Assembly: GCF_009914755.1 (NCBI RefSeq)
Contig: NC_060935.1
Direction: 5' to 3' (one strand)
Source: the human T2T-CHM13v2.0 reference genome, Homo sapiens
DNA: 64,000 nucleotides
Part shown: piece after piece, positions 13,483 to 28,244 of the stretch
Numbering within the stretch: the stretch's first letter is position 1
How the letters are laid out: every line of letters starts with the position of its first letter
Translations under genes and position numbers: made by a program
The notes under the pieces: generated by a model
Database searches by the model: none
What the model was told of the DNA's origin: nothing
Seen by the model: only the letters and a program-made list of their open reading frames with translations

Positions 13483-14180
13483 CAGCAAAATAAAAACCCT
13501 GGATAAATTCAACTCTTCACTTACTCCATGCCTGAATTCATGCAGCTGAAGATAGCTGGAGAAAAATACACAAGCATGTCAACTGTTCTCACATTATACT
13601 CATGCTCACTAAACTTCACAAGAGTTCACCCCAGAAATCATCCTTTCTTTCCCTAATCCATTTTTTCTTCACTCTCCAGAACAAGTATTTCAAATTTTCT
13701 CTTCTAATTTCCAACACTTGTTCCTCACCATCATTCTCAGTAGTCAATCTTGCTTTCCACTATGATGAGAAAAATGAAGCAATTATAAGAGAATTTTCAA
13801 AAACCTCAACCTAAAATCTACACACCTGCCAGAATCAGAGTGAATATACTTCACCTCCCCTTCTATTACTATGGATGAACTGTCCATCCTCCCGCAGAGC
13901 AAATCCCTCCACCTGTGCACTACATCTTCATTCTCCTTCCTACTTCAAAACATTGCTCCACGAAGTCTTCTCTCATTCTTGTTTTATCAAACTTCCCTTT
14001 TTTATTAGATTGATTGCAACATCATAAAATACACTGGTATTTCTCTCATCTTAAAAACAATAACCTTTCTTTAATCCAGATTTCCTCTTCAACTAATGAT
14101 GTATTATTATCGCTTTCTTATAGCACTCTTGAAAGCATTCTCTACTAGATCTTTCTAATATGTCTTCCCATTCTTTCTTC
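13483..14180 (+). mobile_element. L2 (L2a-like) fragment 1 of a split element
   Basis: aaaaccctggataaattcaact...tactatggatgaactgtcc...ccctccacctgtgcact L2 ORF2 region. Confidence 0.7.
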
Positions 14181-14964
14181 TTTTAAAAAATGTTTCATGA
14201 GATATAATTTTCATACCATAAAATTATATAAAATTCAAACTTTTAGCATGCACAAAGTTGTGTAAGCATTAGCAAAATCTAAGTTTAGAATATTTTTATT
14301 ACCCCCCAAAAACCTGCCAATTAGCAATAATTTCCTATTTATCTACATCCTCTATCCCCAGGCCCAGGAAATCAGAAATATACTTTCTATTTCTATAAAT
14401 TTTTCCTATTCTGGTCTTTTCATATAAATGAAAAGCATACAATATGTGGTCATTTGTGACTGGCTTCTTTTACTTAGCATAGTGTTTTCAAGGCTCACCA
14501 CTGTAGCATGTATCAGTTTTCTTTCATTTAAATTCTCAAATAATATTCCATTATAAGAATATACCACATTTTATTTATGTATGCATCAGTTGATGGGCAT
14601 TTAGATTATCTTCCCTTGTTAGCTCTTATAAATAATACTGCCCCGAACATTCACGTACAAGTTTTTGTGTGGATGCATGTTTTTATTTCTCTTGAGTGTA
14701 TACTAGGAATGAAATTTTTGGGTCATACGGTAACTCTGTGTTTAACTTTTTCAGGAACTGTCAGATCATTTTCTAAGTTGTTGAACCATTTTACATTCCT
14801 TCAAGAAGTGCATGAGGGTCCCAATGTCTTCATGTCCTTCTCAACTCATGTTATCACCTACAGTGTTTATCACAGCCATCCTGGGTGGGTATGAAGTGGT
14901 AGCTCATTGTGATTTTGATGTTTCCTTTGTGTTCCATTATGTTGGACATTTATCTTTTCATGTG
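14181..14964 (-). mobile_element. L1MB-like 3' end inserted into L2
   Basis: gagatataattttcataccataaaatt...; flanked by duplicated tcccattctttctt (about 14165-14179 and 14966-14979). Confidence 0.8.
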
Positions 14965-15595
14965 CTCCCATTCTTTCTTAAACACATTCCAATTAAGCTT
15001 TTTTCTCCATCACTACACTGAAATGATTCTTCACAAGGCTACCAACAGCCACCTTGTTACATTCTAAGACCATTTCTCAGTCCTTATTTTTCTTTACCTA
15101 TCAGTAGTTTCTGACACGGGTAAAAATTCTCTCAATAAAACACTGTATTCTTGGCTTCCAGAACACCACATTGTCTTTGTTTTCCTCCTTCACTTCTGGT
15201 TGCACCTGTTTAGCTCCTTTTCCTGTTTGTTTGTTTGTTTGTTTGTTTGTTTGTTTGTTTTCTCATCTCTCTCACTTCCAAATGTTAGATTTCTCCAAGA
15301 CTCACTTCTAGAATATATTCTTTCTTACTATCTACACTCATTCCCTATACAATCTCATCTAGGATCTACATAACTTCTCCTAGAATCATGACTTTAAGTG
15401 CCATCTATATGGTTATGATGACTCTCAATATTATATCCTCAACCTGGATCCCTCCACATATTCGAAACTAACTATTTAACATCACTTGGATGTCTAAGAG
15501 GCAAAATTAAACATGCCCCAAACTGAGCTCCTACTGTTTTTCCCAAACTAGTTCCTTTCCTTTCTCAATTTCTGGCAACTTAAAATTTGAAGCTA
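14965..15595 (+). mobile_element. L2 fragment 2 (contains (GTTT)n at 15224-15260)
   Basis: catcactacactgaaa...cttggcttccagaacaccaca...acttggatgtctaa...aaactgagctcct, continuing fragment 1. Confidence 0.7.
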
Positions 15596-18500
15596 AGACA
15601 GAAGTAGAACAAGATGGCAGAATAGAAGCTGGACTGATCATTCTTCGAACAGAGTACCAATTCAACAACTATCTACACACACAAAATAAAAACACCTTCA
15701 TAAGACTCAAAAATGATGTGAGCACTCATAGTACCTGGTTTTAACTTCATATCACTGAAAGAGGCACTGAAAAGGTAGGAAAAACAGTCTTCAATAGCCG
15801 ACCCACCCGTCCTCCATCTCCTGGTAGGGGTGGCATGGTGTGGACAGTGTTTCTGTGCACTGGGGAGAGGCAGAACTCAGTGATTGTGAGGCATTGAACT
15901 CAGTGCTGCCCTGTTATAGCAGAAAGATAAACAAAACCAAGCTCAGCTGATGCTTGACCAAAGAGGGATCATTTCCCCAAGGAAGAGGGGAATTACAGAT
16001 TCCAGCAGTTGGAACTTAAGAGTTCCTGCAAGGCTTGCCATCATGAGTTAAAGTTTTCTGGAGCCCTAAAAAACCTTGAAAGCCAGTCTAGGCCACAAGT
16101 TTTGCAATGCCTAGGTGAGTCCTAGTGCTGAGCTGAGCTAAGAGGCAGAGAACTGCAGGGGCAGTGACCTACTGAGACACCAGCCAGGGCAACTAAGGAA
16201 ATGTTGGCATCACCCTTCCCCTAACCCTAGGCTGCACAGCTAGTAGCTCCAAAAGAAATTCCTTCCTTCTGCATGAGGAGAAAATATGGAAGAGTGGGGA
16301 GGACTTTGCCTTCCATCTTGGATACCAACTGAGCTACAGGAGGATAGAGCATCAGTCAGAGTTTTGAGCTCCCCATTCTAGTCCTTAGCTCCAAGACAAC
16401 ATCTCTAGACATACTCTGGCCCAGAAGGGAACCTGCTGCCTTGAAGAAAAGGATTCAGTCCTAGCAGCATTCATTACCTGCTAACTGAAGAGCCCTTGGG
16501 CCCTGAATAACCAGCAGTGACACCCAGGTACTACACTGAGGGCCTTGGGTGAGACTCAGTTTTGCTGGCTTCAGCTGAGACTCAGCACATCCCCAACTCT
16601 GGTGACTATGGGGTGAGACTTCTGCTTGAGAAAAGTGGAGGGAAGAGTAAAGAGGGCTTTGCCTTGCACCTTATGTACCAGCTTGGCCACAGCAGGTAGA
16701 GCACCAAATAGGCTCTTGGGGTCCCTAGTTCCAAGCCTTGGCTTTTGGATGGCATTTCTGGACCTTCCCTGGGCCAGAGGGGAGCCCACTGCCCTGAAGG
16801 GTGAATCCCAGGCCAGGAAGCATTCACCATAAGCTCACTGAAGAGCCCTTGGGCCTTAAGGGAACCTCAGCAGTAGTCTGGCAGTAGTCCCTATGGGCCT
16901 GTGGTGGTGGTGGCCATGGTGTGAGGCTGCTCTGCCTTTGGAAAGAAGAAGGAAGAGTGACAAGGACTGAGACTTGTGGTTTGAGTGCCAGCTCAGCCAC
17001 AGTACAATAGAACACCAGGTAGACTGTTAAGATTTTTGACTCTAGTCCCTGGCTCCCAAGTGGCACCTCAGGCCTGCCCAGGACCTGGGAGACCTCACTG
17101 GCCGGAAGAGAAGAACACAGGCTTGGCTGGCTTTGCTACCTGCTAGTCGCAGAGACCAGGGCATTGAGCAGACATAACCAGTAGCCAGGGAGTGGTTACA
17201 GCAGGCCTTGAGTGAGACCCAGTGATGTGCTGGCATTGGGTCTGACCCATCACAGTACTAGTGGTGGTAACCACAGGGTGCTTGTGTCACTCTACCCCTA
17301 GCTCCACGTGGCTCAAAAAAGACAGAGAGACTCCATTTGCTTGGGAGAGAGTAAGAGAAGAGAGCAAGAGTCTGTACCAGGTAATCTAGAGAAATCACCT
17401 GGACCTCGTCCAAGACCATCAAGGCAGTACCTCTATGAGTCTATAAAAGCCACAGTGTTACTGAGCTTTGGGTGTTCCCTAAAGCACATACAGCTTAGAT
17501 CATGATACCCGACTCCATGTGAATATCTGGAAAGCCTTCCCAAGAAGGACGGGTACAAACAAACTCAGACTGCCAAGACTACACTAAACATGTAACTCTT
17601 CAATGACCAGATACAGATGAACATCTACAGGTACTAAGATGATCCAGAAAAACGTGACCTCGTCAAATGAACTAAATAAGGTACCAGGGACCAATCCTGG
17701 AGAAACAAAGATATATGATTTTTCAGACAGAGAATTCAAAAGAGCTGTCTTGAGGAAACTCAAATAAATTCAAGATAATACAGAGAAAAATTTCAGAATT
17801 CTGTCAGATAAACGTAATAAAGATACTGAAATAATTTTAAAGGACTGAGCAGAAATTCTGGACCTGAAAAATTCAATTGGCCTACTGAAGAATACATCAG
17901 AGTCTTTGAATAGCAGAACTGATCAAGGAGAGGAAAAAATTAGTGAGCTTGGAACAGGCTACTTGAAAATAGGCAGACAGAGAAGACAAAAGAAAAAAAG
18001 AATAAAAAACAATGAAGCATGCCTCCGGGATCTAGAAAATAACCTCATCAGGGCAAATATAAGAGATATTGGCCTTACAGGGAAGGTAGAGAAAGAGATA
18101 GGGGTAGAAAGTTTATTCAAAGGGATAATACCAAGGAACTTCCCAAACTTAGAGGAAGGTAACAGCATTCAAGTACAAGAAGGTTATAGAAAACCAAGTA
18201 GACTTAACACAAAGACTACCTGAAAGCATTTAATAATCAAACTCCCAAAGGATAAAGAAACTATCCTAAGAGCAGCAAGAGAAAAACAAACAACATGGCA
18301 ATGGAGCTCCAATGCATGTGGCAGCAGACTTTTCAGTGGGAACCTTATAGGCCAGGAGGCAGTGCATGACATTTTTGAAGTGCTGAAATGCTGAAGGAGG
18401 CGGGGGGGGGAGGGGAGGGAAAGAAGAAAAAAAATCACTTTTACCCTAGAATAGTATATCTGGAAAAAAATATATCCTTCAAACATGAAGGAGAAATAAA

Positions 18501-18739
18501 GACTTCCAGACAAACAAAACATGATGAATCAACACCAGATCTGCCCTGCAAGAAATACTAAATCAATCAGAAAGAAAAAGACATTAATGAGCAATAAGAC
18601 ATCATCTGAAGGCATAAAACTCCCTGGTAATAGTAAGTATACAAAAAAACACAGGATATTATAACACTGTAACTGTGATATGTAAACTATTCTTAAGTAG
18701 AAAGGCTAATCAATAAATCAATCAAAAATAATAATTACA

Positions 18740-20820
18740 GATCATCATGGCAGACAGAAGGCAGGACTAGATTGCAGCCCCGATTTGGACAGACAGAGCA
18801 GAGTGCAGAGGCTCACATGATGAATTTTAGCTCCAGAACAACTGCAAGAACAAACCAGGAATCCCGAGAGGACCCACAGACTCTCTGAAGGAAGCAGACT
18901 GCTCCTGCAGGACCCGGGAGACACCCCAAATACTGTGAGTGCCCAAACTGTGGAGCTGGGAAGGGAGACCCTCCACTCCTGAACACACACCACCACTGGG
19001 GAAAATGAAGGTCTAGTTTGCAGGAGAAGTTTCTGACCTTACCTGGGGCTGAGTCAATTTAGAGAGCCAAGCAAAATATAGGGGTAGAGGAAGCAGCAAG
19101 AAAGGCCCTGGGAGCTCACTGGGTCCCCAAGCAGGCCATTCCTGCCTGGCACCACAGGGGCCCTTCGGGACAGTGGCCAGAGGCATGGGGTAAAACGCCA
19201 CAGGAGGAACATAATCTTCATCAAAATACCACCATCATTCTTCACAGAATTAGAAAAAAAAAATTGTAAAATTCATATGGAACCAATAAAGAGCCCACAT
19301 AGCCAAAGCAAGACTAAACACAAAGAACAAATCCGGAGGCATCACACTACCTGACTTCAAACTATGTTATAAAGCCATAGTCACCAAAACAGCATGGTAC
19401 TGGTATAAAAATAGGCACATAGAATGGAACAGAATAGATAACCTGGAAATAAACCCAAATACTTACAGCCAACTGATCTTTGACAAAGCAAACAAAAACA
19501 TAAAGTGGGGAAAGGACACCCTTTTCAAAAAATAGTGCTGGGATAATTGGGTAGCCACATGTAGGAGAATGAAACTGTATTCTCATATCTCACCTTATGC
19601 AAAAATCAACTCAAGATGGATTATGGACTTAAATCTAAGACTTGGAACTATAAACATTCTAGAAGATAACATTGGAAAACCCCTTCTAGACACTGGCTTA
19701 GGCAAGGATTTCATGACCAAGAACCCAAAAGCAAATGCAATGAAAACAAAGATAAATAATTGGGACTTAAACAAAAGAGCTTTTGCACAGCAAAAGGAAC
19801 AGTCAGCAGAGGAAACAGACAACCCACAGAGTGGGAGAAAATGTTCACAATCTATACATCTGACAAAGGACTAATATCTAGAATCTACAATGAAGTCAAA
19901 CAAATCAGTAAAAAAAAAAAAAATCAGAAAGTGGGCTGAGGACATAAATGTCTAGACAATTATCAAAAGAAAATATACAAATGGCCAACAAACATATGAA
20001 AAATGATCAGCATCACTAACGATCAGGGAAATGCAAATCAAAACCACAGTGTGATACCACCTTACTCTTGCAAGAATGGCCATAATCAAAAAATCAAAAA
20101 ACACTGGATGTTGACATGGATGCGGTGATCAAGCAACACTTCTATCTACATTGCCGGTGGGAATGTAAACTAGTACAGCCACTATGGAAAACAGTGTGGA
20201 GATTCCTCAAAGAACTAAAAGTAGAATTACCATTTGATCCAGCAATCCCACTACTGGGTATCTACCCAGAGGAAAAGAAGTCATTATACAAAAAAGAACT
20301 TGTACACACATGTTTATAGCAGCACAATTCATAATTGCAAAATCATGGAACCAACCCAAATGCCCATAAATCAACAAGTAAAGAAACTGTGGTATATACA
20401 TAAATACAATGTAACACTACTCAGCCACAAAAAGGAATGAATTAATGACATTTGCAGTTACCTGGGTGAGAGTGGAGACTATTATTCTAAGTGAAATAAT
20501 TCAGGAATGGAAAACCAAACATCGTATGTTCTCACTGATATGTGGGAGCTAAGCTACAAGGACACAAAGACATAAGAATGACACAATGGACTTTGGGGAC
20601 TTGGGGGGAAGTGTGGGAAAAAGATGAGGAATAAAAGACTACAAATAGGGTGCAGTGTTTACTGCTCAGATGATGGGTGCACCACAATCTCACAAATCAC
20701 CATTAAAGAACTTACTCATATAACCAAACACCACCTGTACCCCAATAACCTGTGGAAAATATAAATAAAATAAATAAAATAAAAAATAAAAATATATAAA
20801 AGTAACATCAAAGATGATTA
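18740..20820 (+). mobile_element. L1PB (L1PB1-like), internally deleted, nested between host ORF1 and ORF2
   Basis: L1PB 5'UTR (atcatggcagacagaaggcaggactagattgcagc) to about 19205 joined to ORF2 C-terminal part, 3'UTR and A-rich tail; TSD aataataa(t/c)taca at about 18727-18739 and 20824-20836. Confidence 0.85.
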
Positions 20821-23800
20821 AATAATAATAACTACAACAACTTTTCAAGACATAGTACAATAAAGTATAAATAGAAACAACAAAAAATTACAAAGTTAGG
20901 GGAACAAAGTTAAGGCATAGAGTTTTTATTAACTTTCTTTTTGCTTATTTGTTTATGGAGAAACTGTTAAGTTGTTATCAGCTTAAAATAATGAGCTATA
21001 AAATAGTATTTGCAAGCCTCATGGTAATCTCAAACCAAAATCATATAACACATACACAAAAAAATTAAAAAGCAAGAAACTAAATCATATCACCAGAGAA
21101 AATCACCTTCAGTAAAAGAAAGAAACAAAAGAAGGAAGAGAAATCTATAAAACAACCAGAAAACAAATAACGAACTGGAAAAAGTAAGTCTTTACTTATG
21201 AATAATAATATTGAATGTAAACGGACCAAACTTTCCAATCAAGACAGAATAGCTGAATGGATTCAAAAAACAAGACCCAATGATTTGTTGCCTACAAGAA
21301 ATACACTTCACCTATAAAAACACTCATATACTAAAAATAAATTAATAAAGAAAAGGACATTTCATGCCAATGGAAACCAATAAAGAGGAAGAGTAGCAAC
21401 ACTTACCTCAGACAAAATAGATTTTAAGACAAAAACTACAAAAGACAAAGAAGGTCACTGTATAATGATAAAGGGGTCAATTCAGCAAGAGTTTATAGCA
21501 ATTATAAATATATGTGCACCCAACACTGGAGCACCCAGATATATAAAACAAATATCATTAGACCTAAAGAAAAAGAGACTGCAATACAATAATAGCTAGA
21601 GACTTCAACACTCCACCTTCAGCATTGGACAGATCTTCCAGACAGAAAAATCAACAAATAAACACTGGATTTAATCTACACTATAGACCAAATAGATCTA
21701 TTAATAATATATATTTACGGAAAATTTCATCCAATGGCTGCAGAATGCACATTCTTCTGCTCAGCACATGAATCATTCTCAAGGATAGATTATATGTGAG
21801 GTCATGAAACAAGTCTTAAAACATTCAAGAAATGGAAATAATATCAAGCATCTTCTCTGACCACAATGGAGTAAAACTAGAAATCAGTAACAAGAAGAAT
21901 TTTGGAAACTAAACAAACACATGGAAATTAAATAATATGCTCCTGAATGAAAAGTGGGTCAATGAAGAAATTAAAAAGGAAATTGAAAAATATTTTGAAA
22001 CAGATGATAAATGAAACAAAACATACTAAAACCTATGGGATACAGCAAAAATGGTCCTAAGAGACAAGTTTATAGCTATAAGTGCCTACGTCAAAAAAGA
22101 AGCAAAATTAATGATACATCTTAAATAACTAAAAAAAAAAATCAAACCAAACCCAAAATTAGTAGAAGAAAATAAAAAACAAAGATCAGAGCAGAAACAA
22201 ATACAATTGAAATAAAGAAAACAATACAAAAGATTAGTGAAGCAAAAAGTTGTTTTTTTGAAAAGTTATACAAAATTGACAAACAGCCAGACTAAGAAAA
22301 AAATAGAGAAAACCCAAATATACAAAATTAGAAATAAACATTACAACTGATACCACAGAAATTCAAAGACTCATTAGTGGCTACTATGAGCAACTATAAG
22401 CCAATAAATTGGAAAATCTGGGAGAAAGGGATGAATTCCTATACATATACAATCTACCAGGATTAACTATAAAAAAATCCAAAACCTGAACAGACCAATA
22501 ACAAGCAATGAGGTCAAAGCTGTAACAAAAAGTCTCCCAGTAGAGAAAAGCCTGGGACCCAATGGCTTCACTACCAAACATTTAAAGAAGAACTAATACC
22601 AATTCTACTCAAACTGTTCTGAAAAAGAGAGGAGGGAGTATTTCCAAACTCATTCTATGAGGCCAGTAATACCCTGATACCAAAACCAGACAAAGACACA
22701 TCAAATAAAGAAAACTACAGGCCAACACTTCTGATAAATATTGATGCAAAAATCCTCAACAAAATACTAGCAAATTGAATTCAATAACACATTACAAAGA
22801 CCATTCATCATGACCAAGTGAGATGTATACCAGGGATGCAAGGATGGCTCAACATATGCAAGTAAATCAATTTGATACATCATATTAAGAGAATGAAGAA
22901 GAAAAGTCATGAGATCATTTCAACTGATGCTGAAAAAACATTTGATGAAATTCAACATCCCTTCATGATAAAAGCCCTCAAAAAACTGGGTATAGAAGGA
23001 ACACACTTCAACATAACAAAAGCCATATGAGACAGACCCACAGCTAGTATCATACTGAATGGAGAAAAACTGAAAGCCTTTCCTCTAAGATCAGAAACAT
23101 GACAAAGATGCCCACTTTCACCACTGTTTATTCAACATAGTACTGGAAGGCCTAGCTAGAGCAACCGAACAAGAGAAAGAATGAAAAGGCATCCAAATTG
23201 GAAAGGAAGAAATTAATTTATTCTTGTTTGTGGATGACATGATCTTACATTTGGAAAAAGCTAAAGACTCCACCAAAAAACTATTTGAACTAATAAAAAA
23301 AATTATTAAAGTTGCAGGATACCAAGTCAACATACAAAAATTCATAGCATTTGTATACCCAAACAGTGAACAATCTGAACAACAAATTTAAAAAGTAATC
23401 CCATTCATAGTAGCCACAAGTAAAATTAAATACCTATGAATTAACTTAACCAAACAAGTGAAAAATCTCTACAATCAAAACTATTAAACACTGATGAAAG
23501 AAATGGAAGAGGGCACCAAAACATGGAAAGATTCTATGTTCATGGATTGGAAGAAACAATATTGTTAAAATACTCATACTGCCCAAGGCAATCTACAGAT
23601 TCAATACAATCCCTATCAAAATACCAATGACACTCTTCACAGAAATAGAAAAAACAACCCTAAAATTTCTATGGAAATACAAAAGACCCAGAATAGCCAA
23701 AGATATCCTAAGCAAAAAAAAAAAAAAAAAAAAAAGAAGAAATAACATTGCATGAGTTCAAATTATACTACAGAGCTATAGTAATTAAAACAGCATGATA

Positions 23801-24340
23801 CTGGCATAAAAACAAACACATAGACCAATGAAACAGAATAGAGAACCCAGAAATAAATCCCCACACCTACAGTGAACTCATTTACAACAAAGGTGCCAAG
23901 AACATACACTGAAGGAAAGATAGTCTCTTCAACAAATGATGCTGGGAAAACTGGATATCTATATGCAGAAGAATGAAACTAGATCCCTATCTCTCACCAT
24001 ATACAAAATTCAAATCAAAATGGATTTAAGACCTAAATCTAAGACCTTAAACTATGAAACTACAGAAAGAAAATACTGAGAAAACTCTACAGGACATTGG
24101 ACTGAGCAAAGATTTCTTGAGTAACACCCACAAGCATGGGCAACCAAATCAAAAATGGACAAATGGGATCAAGTTAAAAACCTTCTTCACAGCAAAGGAA
24201 ACAATCAGCAAAGTGAAGAGACAACCCCAGAATGGGAGAAAATAGTTGCAAACTACCCATCTGACAAGGGATTAATAACCAGAGCTCAAACAACTCTATT
24301 TTTAAAAATCCAATAATCCAATTTTTAAACGGGCAAGAGA

Positions 24341-24662
<322 letters not shown>

Positions 24663-25413
24663 TGGGCAAGAGGTTTGAAAAAACATTTCTCCAAAGAAGA
24701 CACACAAATGACAAACAGGCATATGAAAAGGTGCTCAACATCACTGATCACCAGAGAAATGTAAATCAAAACTACAGTGAGATATCATCTCACCCCAGTT
24801 AAAATGGCTTTTATACAAAAGACAGGTAATAACAAATGCTGGCAAGGATGTAGAGAGAAGGGAACCCGTGTACACTGTCATTGGGAAAGTAAACTACTAC
24901 AACCATATGGAGAACAGTTTGGAGCTTCCTCAGACACCTAAAAAACTAAAAATAGAGCTACCATATTATCCAGCAATCCCACTGCTGGGTATATACCCCA
25001 AAGAAAGGAAATCAGTATATCAAAGAGATCTCTGCACTCCTATGTCTATTGCAGCACTGTTCCCAATAGCCAAGATTTGGAAGCAACTTAAGTGTTCATC
25101 AACAGATGAGTGGATTTTTAAAAAACATGGTACTTATACACAATGGAGTAGTATTCAGCCATGAAAAGAATGAGATTCTGTCATTTGCCACAACACAGAT
25201 GGAAATGGAAGTCATTATGTTAAGTGAAATAAACCAGGCACAGAAAGACAAATATGGCATGTTCTCACTTATTTCTGGTATCTAAAAATCAAAACAATTA
25301 AACTCATGGAGATAGAGAGTAGAAGGATGGTCACCAGAGGCTGGGAAGGATAGTAGGGGCTGGTGGGGCAGGGGTAGTGGAGATAATTAATGGGTACAAA
25401 AAACATAGAAAGC

Positions 25414-25705
25414 GGTTGGGCGCAGGGGCTCACACCTGTAATTCCAGAACTTTGGGGGGCCGAGGCAGTGGATCCCCTGAGGTCAGGGGTTTGAGATCAG
25501 CCTGGCCAACATGGCAAAACCGCATCTCCACTAAAAATACAAAAATTAGCCAGACGTGGTGATGGGTGCCTGTAATTCCAGCTACTCAGGAGGCTGAGGC
25601 AGGAGAATTACTCGAACTTGGGAGGCGGAGGTTGCAGTAAGCTGAGATCACGCCACTGCACTCCAGCCTGGGCAACAGAGCAAGACCCCATCTAAAAAAA
25701 AAAAA
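25414..25705 (+). mobile_element. AluS inside L1MA 3'UTR
   Basis: Full dimer; TSD-like atagaaag on both sides. Confidence 0.95.
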
Positions 25706-25942
25706 TAGAAAGAATGAATAAGACCAAGTATTTGCTAGCACAACAGGGTGACTATAGTCAAAATAACTAAAAGAGCATAATTGAATTGTTTCTAACACAA
25801 AGAATAAATGCTTGAGGGGATGGACACCCCATTTTCCATTATGTGATTATTATACCTGTACATAATGGATGCTTGTATCAAAAAAATCTCCTGCACCCCA
25901 TAAGTATATACACCATGAACCCACAAAAATTTAAAATTTAAA

Positions 25943-27117
<1,175 letters not shown>

Positions 27118-27134
27118 TCCTCTACAATCTTCTC

Positions 27135-27485
27135 TCCCTAGAATGCTATTCCTCCTGTTCTCTATCTGCAAAATATGTTTACCCATTCAGATGCAAATAA
27201 ATATTATTTTCTCTCTGTAGCTTCTTGTTGTTCTTTGCTTTCTCTGCTTTCTCTTCTTTCTCTCTGTATTTACATCTTCTATAGAGTTTATTGCTTCCCA
27301 CTCTATGCTCCAAGATCACATTACATTTAACCTCTGCTGTTGCTTATAATATTGCTTTGTGACTTACGGTATCAAATTTTCCTATTAGATAATGAGTTAT
27401 TGCAATGCAAAATCATCATATTATTATTTTTTATAATCCCTGGTGCCTGGCCCATCATAAAATTCAATAAAAGTGTTGAATGAAT
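27135..27485 (+). mobile_element. Second L2 3' end
   Basis: cctagaatgctattcct...gtgcctggcccatcataaaattcaataaaagtgttgaatgaat. Confidence 0.6.
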
Positions 27486-28244
27486 CACCAAACACATTCT
27501 CTCTTCTTTCAGCTCCCTCCTCCCCCTTTTCATCACCCCTTACCTCTACCCAAAACTGACAGCTAAGTCTTCCATTCCAAAATTATCCATGAGCCTCCTG
27601 CTGACCAGACTTTATTGGCAGTGTCTGTTTCCCGGTCCCAGATTCTGCCTCCATACCCCTTCCTCCTGGTCATACAGTTATTCCCTCAGGCATTTGCTAA
27701 GAAAGATAATATAGCCAATTAATTGTGCCAAGATTCCAGTAAAAGCTAATGGATTGATGATTGAATATTAAATTGTAAGTTACTACATATTTTTTAATTC
27801 AGGCAACTAAGTAACCTCATGCTGTGGGAAGAAAATTTAAGGGTAAGAAACCCAAGCAGAAAGTACTGTTTAGTGGTTGCCTGATTGCTATGATATAGAA
27901 GATTTTGACCTCAGGGTGAATTAATTTATCAGATTACTTCCTGAGAATAGAAAGAGGATTTCTTAAGAAGAGAATTAAGGAGAAGAGCATGGATATACTG
28001 GACGCCTGAGAAGAGGTAACTCCACTAAAGGAATGAAATGGGCATCAGGGTGACACCATCACCAAAGACAGTTTTGGGGAAAGCCTTGGTTCCCTTCCAG
28101 CCACTCCATATTGCCCTTCACAAGGATCAGTTCTGGGTAAAAGCATGATCCACAATCTAGGTAATCCAATACAGAAAAGGCTGAGTGAACAGAAGAGGCC
28201 ACACAATATGAATCATGTGAAAATGCTTTGGAGACTAGAATACA

